In this document: positions 20,345 through 31,069 of the stretch, piece by piece
Numbering within the stretch: position 1 is the stretch's first letter
How the letters are laid out: the number at the start of each line of letters is the position of its first letter
Assembly (NCBI GenBank): GCA_965216565.1
Contig: OZ244170.1
Span: forward strand, 4,960,001-5,024,000
Direction: 5' to 3'
DNA: 64,000 nt
DNA from: Bythopirellula sp.
Lineage (GTDB): Bacteria; Planctomycetota; Planctomycetia; Pirellulales; Lacipirellulaceae
Notes under the pieces: generated by a model
The model's database searches: none
The model's input: only the letters and a program-made list of their open reading frames with translations
What the model was told of the DNA's origin: nothing
Program-made: the position numbers and the translations under genes

Positions 20345-20375
20345 ATTTTTCGACTCCCGACCTAGCCACGCAGTG

Positions 20376-21266
20376 CTAGGGCATCGCCTCGCTGAGCATT
20401 GCATCGAGTGCTGTCAGCGCCACCGGCCAGCGTGTACTGCCAGCACGGTAGGTTTGCCACCATTTCTGCAGGAGCGGACCAATCGCCACCGGCAGTTCGG
20501 CAGGCAAATACCAACGATCAATCGCCAGGGCCAGCGTCTGCTCGTCCGCCTGGGCGAGTTCCAATTGTTCAGCCGCTTCAAGCACTAACGGCAACGTCGC
20601 CAATTGTGCAATGAGAGAAAGCCGTTGGCCGGGGAAATTCTCAGAGAAAATCGGCAAGTCGAGATTCAATTGCGAAAGGAGCCAAGCAAGTCGGAGGGAT
20701 TCGGGAAGTTCAGGATTCGGGTTCACCAAAACGGCTTCGAAGGTAACCAGATTTCCTTGCAAGTGGGCTCTGCCGTGCCCACCCACAATCGGAGCCACGA
20801 GTACCACTTCAGCCGACGGTGCTACCACCAGCTCGTCGCTGAGTTGGGCGACTTGCTTCAACAACCCCGGTCCGCGGCTTTCCCACTGTTCCAGAAGCGG
20901 TCGGCCCCGTGCAGCAAGCTCCTCGACCAAGTTGGGGTTCGTCCTGAGCAACGCAGATTCTAAATCGCTTACAGCCCCAGCCAACAGGCTCACGTTAAGC
21001 TCGCTCAACCCGCTGCTTCCCCAGCGACGTGTCAGCGCCCTCTCAGCCAAATGACGGTTGTTTTCTACCTGTCCGGCAAGACCCACCAACTGCGCGAGCA
21101 TTTCGTCCGGCGAGAGGCCCGGTATTGCCAATTCGTTTAGAAATTGATCGACGGGGCCGCTCAACTCGGAGGCCAACTGCTGATCGGCCACGGGCAGACC
21201 TTCGCGAAAGCATGCTGCTGCGTGCAAACAGGTGGCCGAAACGCTGGCCTTCCAACTGAGCTTCAT
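20376..21266 (-). CDS. Hypothetical cytoplasmic protein
   Basis: Long Leu/Ala-rich ORF filling the gap, with RGRPLLEQWESRGPGLL and LAWLLSQL motifs. No family recognised. Confidence 0.75.
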   Translation of the reverse strand: MKLSWKASVSATCLHAAACFREGLPVADQQLASELSGPVDQFLNELAIPGLSPDEMLAQLVGLAGQVENNRHLAERALTRRWGSSGLSELNVSLLAGAVSDLESALLRTNPNLVEELAARGRPLLEQWESRGPGLLKQVAQLSDELVVAPSAEVVLVAPIVGGHGRAHLQGNLVTFEAVLVNPNPELPESLRLAWLLSQLNLDLPIFSENFPGQRLSLIAQLATLPLVLEAAEQLELAQADEQTLALAIDRWYLPAELPVAIGPLLQKWWQTYRAGSTRWPVALTALDAMLSEAMP

Positions 21267-21446
21267 CGATTGGGACCCTTGGCTTGAAGACCTACGCATG
21301 GTGCGCGCAATGCTATCGCTACGTCAATAGAAGTCGGTCTAGTTCCCCCGGCACACGCTTGCTATGCTCCCGCCCGATTTCGGCAAATCTTCCCCCGTTG
21401 AATGCCTTGGTGCTCGAATGTGGCACCACCCACGAGAAAGTCTCCA

Positions 21447-22523
21447 ATGCGTACAAGCATTTTTCAATTGTTGCCCAGCGCAGTTCTCGCCCTCGTATTC
21501 TTGACCTCCGCGAGCAACGCTCAGCAGCCTTACCCGAACACATCTGATGCCGTCCAACCAGCGGCAACAATCCCCGCAGCGGGGACGTTGGGTCAACCGT
21601 TGAGGCAAGTGGCTCAGCCTGCACCCCAGGTAGCTCCTGGTCAACTTGCTCAGGCGCAATTGGCCCCTGGACAATTGGCTCCCAACCAGGTGGCTGGCTC
21701 AGGCGGTGCGCCAATGCAGCAAATGCCGATGGGCCCTCCGTTTCAGTTGAGTCCTGTCGAGCAGCAGTTCGTCGATCAAATCTTGCAAGAATGGGAAAAC
21801 CGCGGAGCGGAAGTGAAGACGTTCGACTGCCAATTTGAACGCTGGGAGTACGATCCCGTGTTCGGCCCCGGCACCGAAGATCCTGCCATCAAGAGTCACG
21901 GTCGGCTCACGTATTCGAAACCCGACAAGGGAAGTTTCAAGATCGAAAAGATTTTTCGATACAAGAAAAAGGGTGAAAACCAACCCGCCGACTACGAACT
22001 GCAAGAGCACGAAATCGGCGAACACTGGGTCTGCGATGGCAAGGCAGTCTATGAGTACAAGCATGACAAGAAGCAGTTAGTGGTTCAAAAACTACCACCC
22101 GACATGCGGGGGACCGATATCGTCAATGGCCCTCTGCCCTTCTTGTTTGGAGCAGAGGCCAAGAAACTCAAGGCACGCTATTGGATGCGCACGAAGCAAT
22201 CGGACGCGGCCACGATCTTGCTCGAAGCCTTCCCACGCAAACAAGTCGACGCGGCCAATTACCACCACGTCGAGGTCATACTCGATCGCAAGACGATGCT
22301 ACCCCAAGGTATTCAAGTTCACATGCCCAATGGCAAAAGCCGTGCGGTTTACATTTTCCAAATGCCAACGGTCAACGGCACGCTCGACCAACTGTTCGGC
22401 GGACTCTTCAGCTCACCGCGGACACCTTTTGGCTGGAGAAAAGTTGTGGTCGAAGCCCCACAGCCTGGACCGGCAGCGCCCGGACCACAAGCGGCGGCCC
22501 CTCAGGGGACCTTGTTACAGTAG
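21447..22523 (+). CDS. TIGR03009-like planctomycete protein (LolA-like fold suspected)
   Basis: Signal peptide, Q/P/A-rich repeats, then L..WE....VKTF.C.F.RW.YD.VFG, G.L.Y.KPDKG.F, WVCDGK.VYEY and GPLPFLFG. Confidence 0.7.
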   Translation: MRTSIFQLLPSAVLALVFLTSASNAQQPYPNTSDAVQPAATIPAAGTLGQPLRQVAQPAPQVAPGQLAQAQLAPGQLAPNQVAGSGGAPMQQMPMGPPFQLSPVEQQFVDQILQEWENRGAEVKTFDCQFERWEYDPVFGPGTEDPAIKSHGRLTYSKPDKGSFKIEKIFRYKKKGENQPADYELQEHEIGEHWVCDGKAVYEYKHDKKQLVVQKLPPDMRGTDIVNGPLPFLFGAEAKKLKARYWMRTKQSDAATILLEAFPRKQVDAANYHHVEVILDRKTMLPQGIQVHMPNGKSRAVYIFQMPTVNGTLDQLFGGLFSSPRTPFGWRKVVVEAPQPGPAAPGPQAAAPQGTLLQ

Positions 22524-22535
22524 TCGGCTAAGATG

Positions 22536-23708
22536 CTAGCCGAGGATTTCGCGGTAGACGCCTGCCACTTCGGTGGCCATGGCGTGTGCTGAGAAGTGCG
22601 ATGCGTGACGCTCTTGGGCGTTGCGGCTCATGGCTGCGTAATTGAGCTCGCTCTCGCCCGCCACAAGTTCTTCGATCGCCATCGCTAGCTGGCTGATACT
22701 CCCCGGCTCGAACAGCAGTCCATCTTCTCGGTGACGAATTGCTTCGGGGACACCTTCCACGTGGCTGGCTACGACGGGAACCGCGGCAGCCATGCTTTCC
22801 AGCACCACCATCGGCAAGCCCTCGCCAAACAAACTTGGCAATACAAATAGGTCAATCTCGGCAAACTCTGCTGCGATGTCGTCAACAAACCCGGTCCAGG
22901 TAATCGCGTCGCCAACGCCGCGACTGCTGACGAGCGATTTGATTTCTTGCTCATACTCGAGCGATTCAAAAGGCCCAATGGCACGCAATTGCACGTTGCG
23001 ACCCTGAGATCGCAACGCCGCTAAGGCTTCGATTAGAACTTCGATGCCTTTGCGGGGGCGAAATAAGGCGGCGATGCCAAGAGTCCAGGCACCCGTCGGG
23101 GTGTCACGCGGCGCGGCGCCGATGGGGGGCACACCGTTGGGAACGTAAACCACGCGATGCTCAGCGAACCCCTGCTCGCACATCAGTTTCTTCAAACTAG
23201 GCGAAACAGCGATCAACCGTTCGGCACGCCGCAGAGCCCATGTTTCCATTTTGGCGTTGAGGAAATTCTGCAACTTACGGGTTGAGTCCCTCGCCGTTGG
23301 GCTATGCACATGATAGACGAGCGGCACATTAGCCCTTCGTGCCGCCTGACTGCCGACGAGGAGCGAACGCGGAGTATGGGCGTGGACCACTTCGTAGTTT
23401 TCGTTCTTAATCAAATCGACGAGCTTGGTGACACACTGCGGATCGATCGCCCATCGCATGGGCACTTCGTCGAGTCGAGCAGACTGCGTCTTGCGTGCTT
23501 CAGGAAATCGGTCTGGTTTGACACAGGCAAAACCAACATCAAATCCCAAAGCGGGTAATTCCTGGGCCAACAAGTCCTGTACGCGTTCGGCGCCCGAGTA
23601 GTGCTCGCCATTGATTACATGTAGCACCCGCGCAGTAGCCTGTGTGGGCTGCGGCCCCAACACAAACGGTACGGTGGCCGGCATCTCGGAAATCTGAGGT
23701 TCGAACAT
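22536..23708 (-). CDS. Glycosyltransferase family 4 protein
   Basis: HVING..YSGAER, VVHAH, VPNGV, PRKG, EGLPMVVLESMA (EX7E). Start uncertain (23684-23723). Confidence 0.92.
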   Translation of the reverse strand: MFEPQISEMPATVPFVLGPQPTQATARVLHVINGEHYSGAERVQDLLAQELPALGFDVGFACVKPDRFPEARKTQSARLDEVPMRWAIDPQCVTKLVDLIKNENYEVVHAHTPRSLLVGSQAARRANVPLVYHVHSPTARDSTRKLQNFLNAKMETWALRRAERLIAVSPSLKKLMCEQGFAEHRVVYVPNGVPPIGAAPRDTPTGAWTLGIAALFRPRKGIEVLIEALAALRSQGRNVQLRAIGPFESLEYEQEIKSLVSSRGVGDAITWTGFVDDIAAEFAEIDLFVLPSLFGEGLPMVVLESMAAAVPVVASHVEGVPEAIRHREDGLLFEPGSISQLAMAIEELVAGESELNYAAMSRNAQERHASHFSAHAMATEVAGVYREILG

Positions 23709-24007
23709 CTTGGCTCCCAACACTTCTCATAGCCCCGGGCATGGCCCAGGATTCCAAGCCCCAAAGGGCTTAGTAGAAGTCTAGTTCGCCTGGGGGAGCG
23801 TACCGGGGGGCAACAGATTGCCTGGGAACGATCCAAGAGAGAAGTTCCGATCGCACCGGCTGTGACGATCAACGCGAGGCCTTTCCCTCGTTGGGGGTGC
23901 CGCAACGGCCTGACTTTCATCGCACCGCGGCAAATCGCCATTGCAGCCCCGAGGTCTCCCGAGTGATACCACTGGTGCATATTTGAATGAAAACGGTGGC
24001 TGACTAC

Positions 24008-24325
24008 TCAGGCGCTCTTTGCTTGTTGCTCAAGAACCCTGAACACCACGCGGAAGGCCTTATAGCCGGCGGCAATTTTCTCTGCGTACAGATTCTGCAA
24101 TTCTGCTCGCAAGGCGTCCGCCGAGGGAAAGCCATCGGGGATTGCATCGCCATCGGTTAGCTTCTCTAGCTCTATCTGCTCGACGTACTCGATATGGATA
24201 TAGCCAATGCCGGGGATGAAGCTCCGCTGGCCGACGCGCATCATCCGCCAGCGCCATAGTCGAATTGTCTGTGTTTTTTCGCCTGCTCGAATTGCTGGCA
24301 GAAACTTCTTTTTGAAGAGCAACAT
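24008..24325 (-). CDS. ASCH domain-containing protein
   Basis: I.AGEKTQTIR (GxKxxxxR) and DA..DGF motifs; 105 aa. Confidence 0.82.
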   Translation of the reverse strand: MLLFKKKFLPAIRAGEKTQTIRLWRWRMMRVGQRSFIPGIGYIHIEYVEQIELEKLTDGDAIPDGFPSADALRAELQNLYAEKIAAGYKAFRVVFRVLEQQAKSA

Positions 24326-24574
24326 ACGCCCAGTTCCTAGGGGTGTCTTGGTGTGGGAATTTGGCGGACTGGGGAGAACCTCATCTGTTCTCCCGGTTGT
24401 GGGCTTATTTTAGCGTGTGGAGTAAGTTTCTCGGGCTCAGCCAACAGGCTTGTAGCTGACATCGGTATGTCACCGGGCGGTTTTTTAGGCTCGCGACACG
24501 TGGGTCTCGTCTTTGGGATCCAGATCAGCCCCCGCGGGGCTTGTTCTCAGCGACTTTCCTCCCGGTAAGTCCCC

Positions 24575-24602
24575 TTGCGTACAGTCCTTACGAACCTATA
24601 AT
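24575..24602 (+). promoter_or_regulatory. Putative sigma70 promoter for tRNA-Gly
   Basis: TTGCGT-N16-TATAAT. Confidence 0.55.
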
Positions 24603-24646
24603 TTTGGGACGTTCTCGCTTTCCCCAGGGAAACAGGAACACGGTTT

Positions 24647-24719
24647 GCGGGTGTAGCTCAGTTGGTAGAGCACAACGTTGCCAACGTTGTTGTCGTGGGT
24701 TCGAATCCCATCACCCGCT
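24647..24719 (+). tRNA. tRNA-Gly (anticodon GCC)
   Basis: Acceptor GCGGGTG/CACCCGC, D arm GCTC-AGTTGGTA-GAGC, anticodon arm CAACG-TTGCCAA-CGTTG, GTGGG-TTCGAAT-CCCAT, discriminator T. CCA is not encoded. Confidence 0.97.
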
Positions 24720-24817
24720 CTTTCGCCTTTCCACACCATTCCCAGTGAAGCGGCCCCTGTGAGGCGGTCCCGTGGATTGGCTTTTACAGACATAGATTCC
24801 AGGCCTAGTTGCGTTTT

Positions 24818-24841
24818 CCGGCAGATTGACTGCCGGTTTTT
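24818..24841 (+). terminator. Terminator/attenuator between tRNA-Gly and tig
   Basis: CCGGCAG-ATTGA-CTGCCGG-TTTTT. Confidence 0.65.
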
Positions 24842-24892
24842 CGTTTTCAGGAAGAAAAAAGACGCAAAAATCAGAGCAAAGTCGCAGCCGTA

Positions 24893-26425
24893 ATGGCTGT
24901 CGACGATTCGGACCAGTCCGAGGGAGACACGATGACAGACGTGGCAGAACAAGATCCAAAAGCCGACGGTCCTTCTGACCAGGAAGACCAACAGCTCGAC
25001 CTACAAGTCGAAGTGACTAGCCCTAGTCCTTGTGAACGGCACGTTACGGTGACCGTCTCGCGGACTGATATCGATCGCTACTTGGACGACGCCTATAGCG
25101 AGTTGATGACGTCGGCCAGTGTGCCGGGGTTTCGCGTGGGACGTGCTCCCCGCAAATTGGTGGAAAATCGTTACAAGAGCGAAATTGGCGAGCAAATCAA
25201 GGGTTCGCTACTGATGGATAGCCTTTCGCAGGTTAGCGAAGAGCAAGAATTCACCGCCATCAGCGAGCCAGACCTCAATCTCGATGCGGTCGAGGTTCCC
25301 GACGAAGGGCCGATGACTTTTGAGTTCAACATCGAAGTACGTCCCGAATTCGAAATGCCCAAGTGGCGAGGCCTGAAAATTACCCGCCCCGTCCGTGAAT
25401 TCACCGAGCAGGATGTCGACGAGCAACTAGAAAAAATGCTCACTCGCTTCGGTCAGCTGACACCCCACGATGGTCCCGCAACCGAGGGCGATTACCTCAC
25501 AGCCAATATCACGTCCCGCCACAACGGCGAGCTTGTGGCAGAGGACGAAGAGCGTGTTCTGCGAATCCGCCCCGATTTGAGCTTCCGCGATGGCCAGCTC
25601 GAAGGTTTTGGCAAATTGGCCGAAGGCGCCAAGGCTGGTAGCAAGATTACTGGCAAAGTGAAGCTCACGCAGGATGCTCCCAACGAAGAGCTTCGCGGCG
25701 AAGAAGTCGAGGTTGAATTCGAAGTGTTGGACGTCAAACGGCTCAAGCTTCCTGAGTTGAACGAAGAGTTCCTCCAAGAAATGGGCGACTTCCAAACCGA
25801 AGAGCAGCTTCGCGAAGCTATCGAGCAAGATCTCAAGCGGCAATTGGAATACGAGCAACGACAGAAGATCCGCAACCAAATCACCGCGACCCTCACCGAG
25901 AGTGCCGACTGGGAACTACCCCCCGGCTTGCTCAAGCGGCAAAGTGTCCGTGAGCTGGAGCGTTCGGTAATGGAACTTCGCCGAGCAGGGTTCGGCGAAG
26001 CCGAGATTCGTGCCCGCGAGAATCAACTCCGCCAGAACAGTGCGGCTTCCACAGGCAAGAGCCTCAAAGAGCATTTCATTCTGGAGCGCATTGCCGAGGA
26101 GGAAGAGATTTCCGCCGAGGAAGGCGATTTCGAGAAGGAAATCTACCTGATTGCCATGCAAAGTGGCGAGTCGCCCCGTCGCGTCCGTGCCCAGATCGAA
26201 AAGCGTGGTTTGATGGACGTCTTGCAAAACCAAATTGTCGAACGCAAAGTCTTGGAAGCGGTCGAGGCCGAGGCCAAGTTTAAGGACGAGCCTTACGAGC
26301 CCGAACAGCTTGCTGTGGAAGCCGTTCACCTGGCTGTCGGTGGCGAGGGAGCCGAGTCGATTCCAGCCGCCGAAGAGGCTGCTGAAGAGCAGGGTAAAGC
26401 CCCCGAAAGCGAGACGAACGAGTAA
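24893..26425 (+). CDS. tig: Trigger factor
   Basis: Ribosome-binding signature VPGFRVGRAP, EVRPEF, FKBP-like middle domain; sits upstream of clpP. Confidence 0.95.
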   Translation: MAVDDSDQSEGDTMTDVAEQDPKADGPSDQEDQQLDLQVEVTSPSPCERHVTVTVSRTDIDRYLDDAYSELMTSASVPGFRVGRAPRKLVENRYKSEIGEQIKGSLLMDSLSQVSEEQEFTAISEPDLNLDAVEVPDEGPMTFEFNIEVRPEFEMPKWRGLKITRPVREFTEQDVDEQLEKMLTRFGQLTPHDGPATEGDYLTANITSRHNGELVAEDEERVLRIRPDLSFRDGQLEGFGKLAEGAKAGSKITGKVKLTQDAPNEELRGEEVEVEFEVLDVKRLKLPELNEEFLQEMGDFQTEEQLREAIEQDLKRQLEYEQRQKIRNQITATLTESADWELPPGLLKRQSVRELERSVMELRRAGFGEAEIRARENQLRQNSAASTGKSLKEHFILERIAEEEEISAEEGDFEKEIYLIAMQSGESPRRVRAQIEKRGLMDVLQNQIVERKVLEAVEAEAKFKDEPYEPEQLAVEAVHLAVGGEGAESIPAAEEAAEEQGKAPESETNE

Positions 26426-26555
26426 CTCGCCCAGTCGCGTATTCAGTGAGGCACCTCTGCAGAGGGCTGGCCTTTCTTTATCTGCGCTTCTTGTATAGAA
26501 AATGGAATATCTTCCGCCACTAACGGCGGAATTCTCGGTGGAAGGGATTTGAGCT

Positions 26556-27203
26556 ATGAATAAGCATGCACGGGATGAGTTCTCTCAACTAATGAATCCG
26601 CAGCTTGCCACGGCAATGCGAGATTACCAGCGTCAGCGGCAAATGACCCTCGGGGACTTGCTGCTGGAGAATCGCGTAATCTTTCTGCAGGGCGAGATCT
26701 ACGACGGCAATGCCAATGAATTGGTCATGAAGCTGTTGTATTTGCAGAGCGAGAACCGCCGCAAAGACATCCATTTCTACATCAATTCGCCCGGTGGCAG
26801 CGTCACTTCGACCCTGGCCATCTACGACACGATGCAAATGATTTCCCCACCCGTGGCCACCTACTGCGTAGGCTTGGCTGCCAGCGGGGGTGCCGTCTTG
26901 CTGGCGGGTGGCGAACCGAAGAAACGGTTTGCTCTGAAACACTCGAAGGTGATGATTCACCAACCGCACGGCGGTGTCGGCGGCCAGGTGTCGGATATCG
27001 AAATTCAGGCCAACGAAATCGTCCGCACACGCCAAACGCTCAACGAAATCCTCGCCAGCCACACCGGCAAGACTGTCGACGAAATTGGCAAGGCGTGCGA
27101 CCGCGATCACTACATGACCGCTCCCGAAGCGATGGAGTATGGCATCGTCGACGATATTCTGCTGAAACCGCCAGGAGCACCCGGCGAAGAAGACGACGAT
27201 TAA
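26556..27203 (+). CDS. clpP: ATP-dependent Clp protease proteolytic subunit (first copy)
   Basis: [16 protein letters not shown] (Ser), MIHQP (His), DRD (Asp). Confidence 0.95.
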   Translation: MNKHARDEFSQLMNPQLATAMRDYQRQRQMTLGDLLLENRVIFLQGEIYDGNANELVMKLLYLQSENRRKDIHFYINSPGGSVTSTLAIYDTMQMISPPVATYCVGLAASGGAVLLAGGEPKKRFALKHSKVMIHQPHGGVGGQVSDIEIQANEIVRTRQTLNEILASHTGKTVDEIGKACDRDHYMTAPEAMEYGIVDDILLKPPGAPGEEDDD

Positions 27204-27230
27204 TCGCTATCTGTCTCCGACGCTTGAATT

Positions 27231-27279
27231 ATTCACAATTCCAAATTTGCAATTTGCAATTCACATTTTGAAATTTCCA
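27231..27279. repeat. Degenerate heptamer tandem repeat (7 units, consensus ATT(T/C)nCA)
   Basis: ATTCACA ATTCCAA ATTTGCA ATTTGCA ATTCACA TTTTGAA ATTTCCA between the two clpP genes. Confidence 0.75.
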
Positions 27280-27284
27280 ACGGA

Positions 27285-27884
27285 ATGCCTCCCATGTCGT
27301 TGATTCCCTACGTCATTGAAAAGTCTGGCCGCGAAGAGCGGGCCATGGACATCTATAGCCGTTTGCTCAAGGATCGCATCGTCTTGATGGGCTCGGGCGT
27401 GAACGACGATGTGGCCAATAGTATCGTCGCGCAGATGTTGTTTCTGCAATCGGACGATCCCAAGGCCGACATCCACTTTTACATCAACTCGCCGGGTGGC
27501 AGCGTGACTGCCGGGATGGCCATTTACGACACCATGCAGTTTGTCACCTGCGATGTGGCCACGTATTGCCTGGGGCAAGCCGCTTCGATGGGTGCCTTGC
27601 TTCTCTGCGCAGGAGCGGCCGGCAAACGTCATGCACTGCCCAATTCTCGCATCATGATCCACCAGCCGTCGGCCGGCATGGAAGGCACCGCCGAGGACAT
27701 CATGATTCACGCCTCGGAATACAAAAAAACCAAAGACAAGCTCAACCGAATTCTCAACGAGCACACGGGTCAGACCCTCGAACAAATCGAGCAAGACACC
27801 GACCGCGACCGCTTCATGTCCGCCGAAGAGGCCCGTGAGTATCGGATTATCGACAAAGTGGTCTCGCATATGGACGCTTCTTAG
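27285..27884 (+). CDS. clpP: ATP-dependent Clp protease proteolytic subunit (second copy)
   Basis: [52 protein letters not shown]. Confidence 0.97.
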   Translation: MPPMSLIPYVIEKSGREERAMDIYSRLLKDRIVLMGSGVNDDVANSIVAQMLFLQSDDPKADIHFYINSPGGSVTAGMAIYDTMQFVTCDVATYCLGQAASMGALLLCAGAAGKRHALPNSRIMIHQPSAGMEGTAEDIMIHASEYKKTKDKLNRILNEHTGQTLEQIEQDTDRDRFMSAEEAREYRIIDKVVSHMDAS

Positions 27885-27926
27885 TAGTCGAGCACTGGCA
27901 GCCAGCCAACTATTCGATTTCTTCAA

Positions 27927-28000
27927 TAGCCGGACCGCCATAGTTTACCCGCCGTGGTGGGCGGTCCGACTCACTCCGGAGGCAAGTGTGCCTCCGGCTA
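27927..28000. repeat. Composite REP-like element family A (inverted copy)
   Basis: Reverse complement matches 8995-9061 except for a 7-nt insertion and 3 substitutions. Confidence 0.85.
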
Positions 28001-28241
28001 TGCCGCGAACTCCAGCGGTTTGCGTTGCCTGCATTCTTTGAGAATCTGAGAAGCCTGCTTACAGGGGCACGATTTCCTCCGCAAATTGACCATTGCCAGC
28101 CTGCTAGCAGGGGCGATCGCCGTTGACGTCTGTGGGCGGTTTTTCTATTTCTTCCCACCGAATTCATCGCGCCCGGCCTTTGCGCTCGGCTTATGGCGAT
28201 AGAATCCTCGTTCGATCGAACCTGCCGGATCAGTACAGCGG

Positions 28242-29819
28242 ATGAGTGCCAACTCAGTTACAAATCGAATCAGGCGGTGGCCGCGCTGGCTGTTTGTCAT
28301 CGCCGTCTTCCCCTGCCTGCTGCCCGGCTGCCGCACAGCACAGGATAACCAGATCGAACTGCTCGAGCGCGAGCTCCGTACGCAGGAAGATTACATTTAC
28401 GAACTGGAAGACTACGTCGTCCAGTACTCCGAACGGTTGCGGAACATCCGCTGTGCACAGACTGTCGAAATAGATTCGGAACCCTATCTGCAGAAATCGA
28501 TCGTCAACAAGTCACACCGTGTCGAGGACTCCAACGCTGCCGATTCAGCGCGGAGCGATTCTGAAAACAGAGGTGAACTATCTGACGAACTGCCTGAGCC
28601 CGCAGCCCCTCAGATCGAGCCAGATCCTATCGACGGCTTCGACCTGGACGACTTCGAACCGCCACCACTTCAAATTGAAGAACAGCAGGGTCGGACCACC
28701 AGAGGCACAACCGATGGCTTGGCTTTGATGGAGGAAGATCTGCCGGAAGTTTTACAGGCTTCAGAAGAGAGGTTGCAGCACGAGATCCCCCACCCAGCGG
28801 ATTTCGCTGAGCAATCTGCCGAGGCTGATCAAGATTCAGAATCAGAGGATCCAGAACCAATCCAACTTGCGACCGTCGAAGATCTGTTTGAAGACCAAGA
28901 TGTCGAGGAGATTAGCCACGAAGAGGTGGCTACTCACGAAGAGGAGATTGCCGACGAAATTGAAGTCGACGGGTCAATTCAGGAATCTTCGCAAAACAGT
29001 TTGGTCGCAGAGCAATTTGAACTACCTGTGCGAGTCGCCCTCGCTCAACTCTTCCGCAACGACGAACCTGGCCAGCCGCAGAGTCTGCTCGCGGTGGTCG
29101 AAGGTTACGATCGCACGGACGAAGCGGTGCCGTTCACCGGCGAAGTTTCGTTGATGGTGCTGGCCCCGGGCAAGAATAAACCGCGACGCGTCAAACGTTG
29201 GGACTTCACCCCCGAAGACGTTGCCGCAGCATGGCAATCGTCCCACCTGGGCGATGGTTTGCATTTGGAATTGCCTCTGGAAGAGACCGCGCTACCGACA
29301 AGTTTGCTGCAATTGTGGGTGCGTGTCGTCGACGAGCAAGGCGAGAAGCTCCTGGCTCGGGAGTCGTTCTCAAGCGAGCAGCTCGCTGGCTTGGAAGTCG
29401 AAACGGGAGCAAAGGAACTGACGCCAGAGTCACCCACGCTGATTGCTGAGAACACTGAGCCCTCGTCAGAAACCTCACCGGATGCCGATGAGAGCGAATC
29501 GTCCCAAGTCGAAAGACTGGCGGTCAAGTCTTCGCAAGGCAGCAAGCTGAACGGCTCCACCGGTTGGCGGACCTCCACGCAGCGCACCGATAGCGACGTG
29601 CAGGGGTACGATTCCACAGTCAAGAAAACCAGCGGCTGGACAGCGCAGCCCAATGGCGGACGCTACCCGCATCTGAACAAGGGCCACGTGAAAACAGCGA
29701 CCAATCAGGGCCCCATCTGGACCTCAGGCCATGTGAAGCAACCTGTGGCCAAGCCTGCCCAAAAGCAGCCCCAGCCGATCGCAAAGCAACCATCCGCTGG
29801 ATGGTCGCCCTACCGCTAG
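28242..29819 (+). CDS. Hypothetical lipoprotein with long acidic linker
   Basis: Lipobox LLPG-C, short coiled coil (LERELRTQEDYIYELED), D/E-rich region, globular domain (RVKRWDF...GLHLELP). Confidence 0.75.
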   Translation: MSANSVTNRIRRWPRWLFVIAVFPCLLPGCRTAQDNQIELLERELRTQEDYIYELEDYVVQYSERLRNIRCAQTVEIDSEPYLQKSIVNKSHRVEDSNAADSARSDSENRGELSDELPEPAAPQIEPDPIDGFDLDDFEPPPLQIEEQQGRTTRGTTDGLALMEEDLPEVLQASEERLQHEIPHPADFAEQSAEADQDSESEDPEPIQLATVEDLFEDQDVEEISHEEVATHEEEIADEIEVDGSIQESSQNSLVAEQFELPVRVALAQLFRNDEPGQPQSLLAVVEGYDRTDEAVPFTGEVSLMVLAPGKNKPRRVKRWDFTPEDVAAAWQSSHLGDGLHLELPLEETALPTSLLQLWVRVVDEQGEKLLARESFSSEQLAGLEVETGAKELTPESPTLIAENTEPSSETSPDADESESSQVERLAVKSSQGSKLNGSTGWRTSTQRTDSDVQGYDSTVKKTSGWTAQPNGGRYPHLNKGHVKTATNQGPIWTSGHVKQPVAKPAQKQPQPIAKQPSAGWSPYR

Positions 29820-29838
29820 CCCACGGCTCCGCCGTGGG
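29817..29838. repeat. TAG-tagged hairpin between convergent genes (REP-like or terminator)
   Basis: TAG stop followed immediately by CCCACGGC-TCC-GCCGTGGG. Confidence 0.5.
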
Positions 29839-29872
29839 ATGTGTCGGAACGGGGCCCTACTTTGCTGGGCCG

Positions 29873-30895
<1,023 letters not shown>

Positions 30896-31069
30896 CTAAT
30901 ACTCCTTGAATATACGTGTGGCATGCCGGTGCGGGGACCGGCCGCGTGAAAGTGTCTGGCGGAACCTGTACGGGGGATCTTCGGCGTATGCCGGCGTACT
31001 GGGCGGGAACCGAACCCAGGATTATACTGCTCCTCCAGCGACCCAACAACCACCCACTGAATTCGCCGT

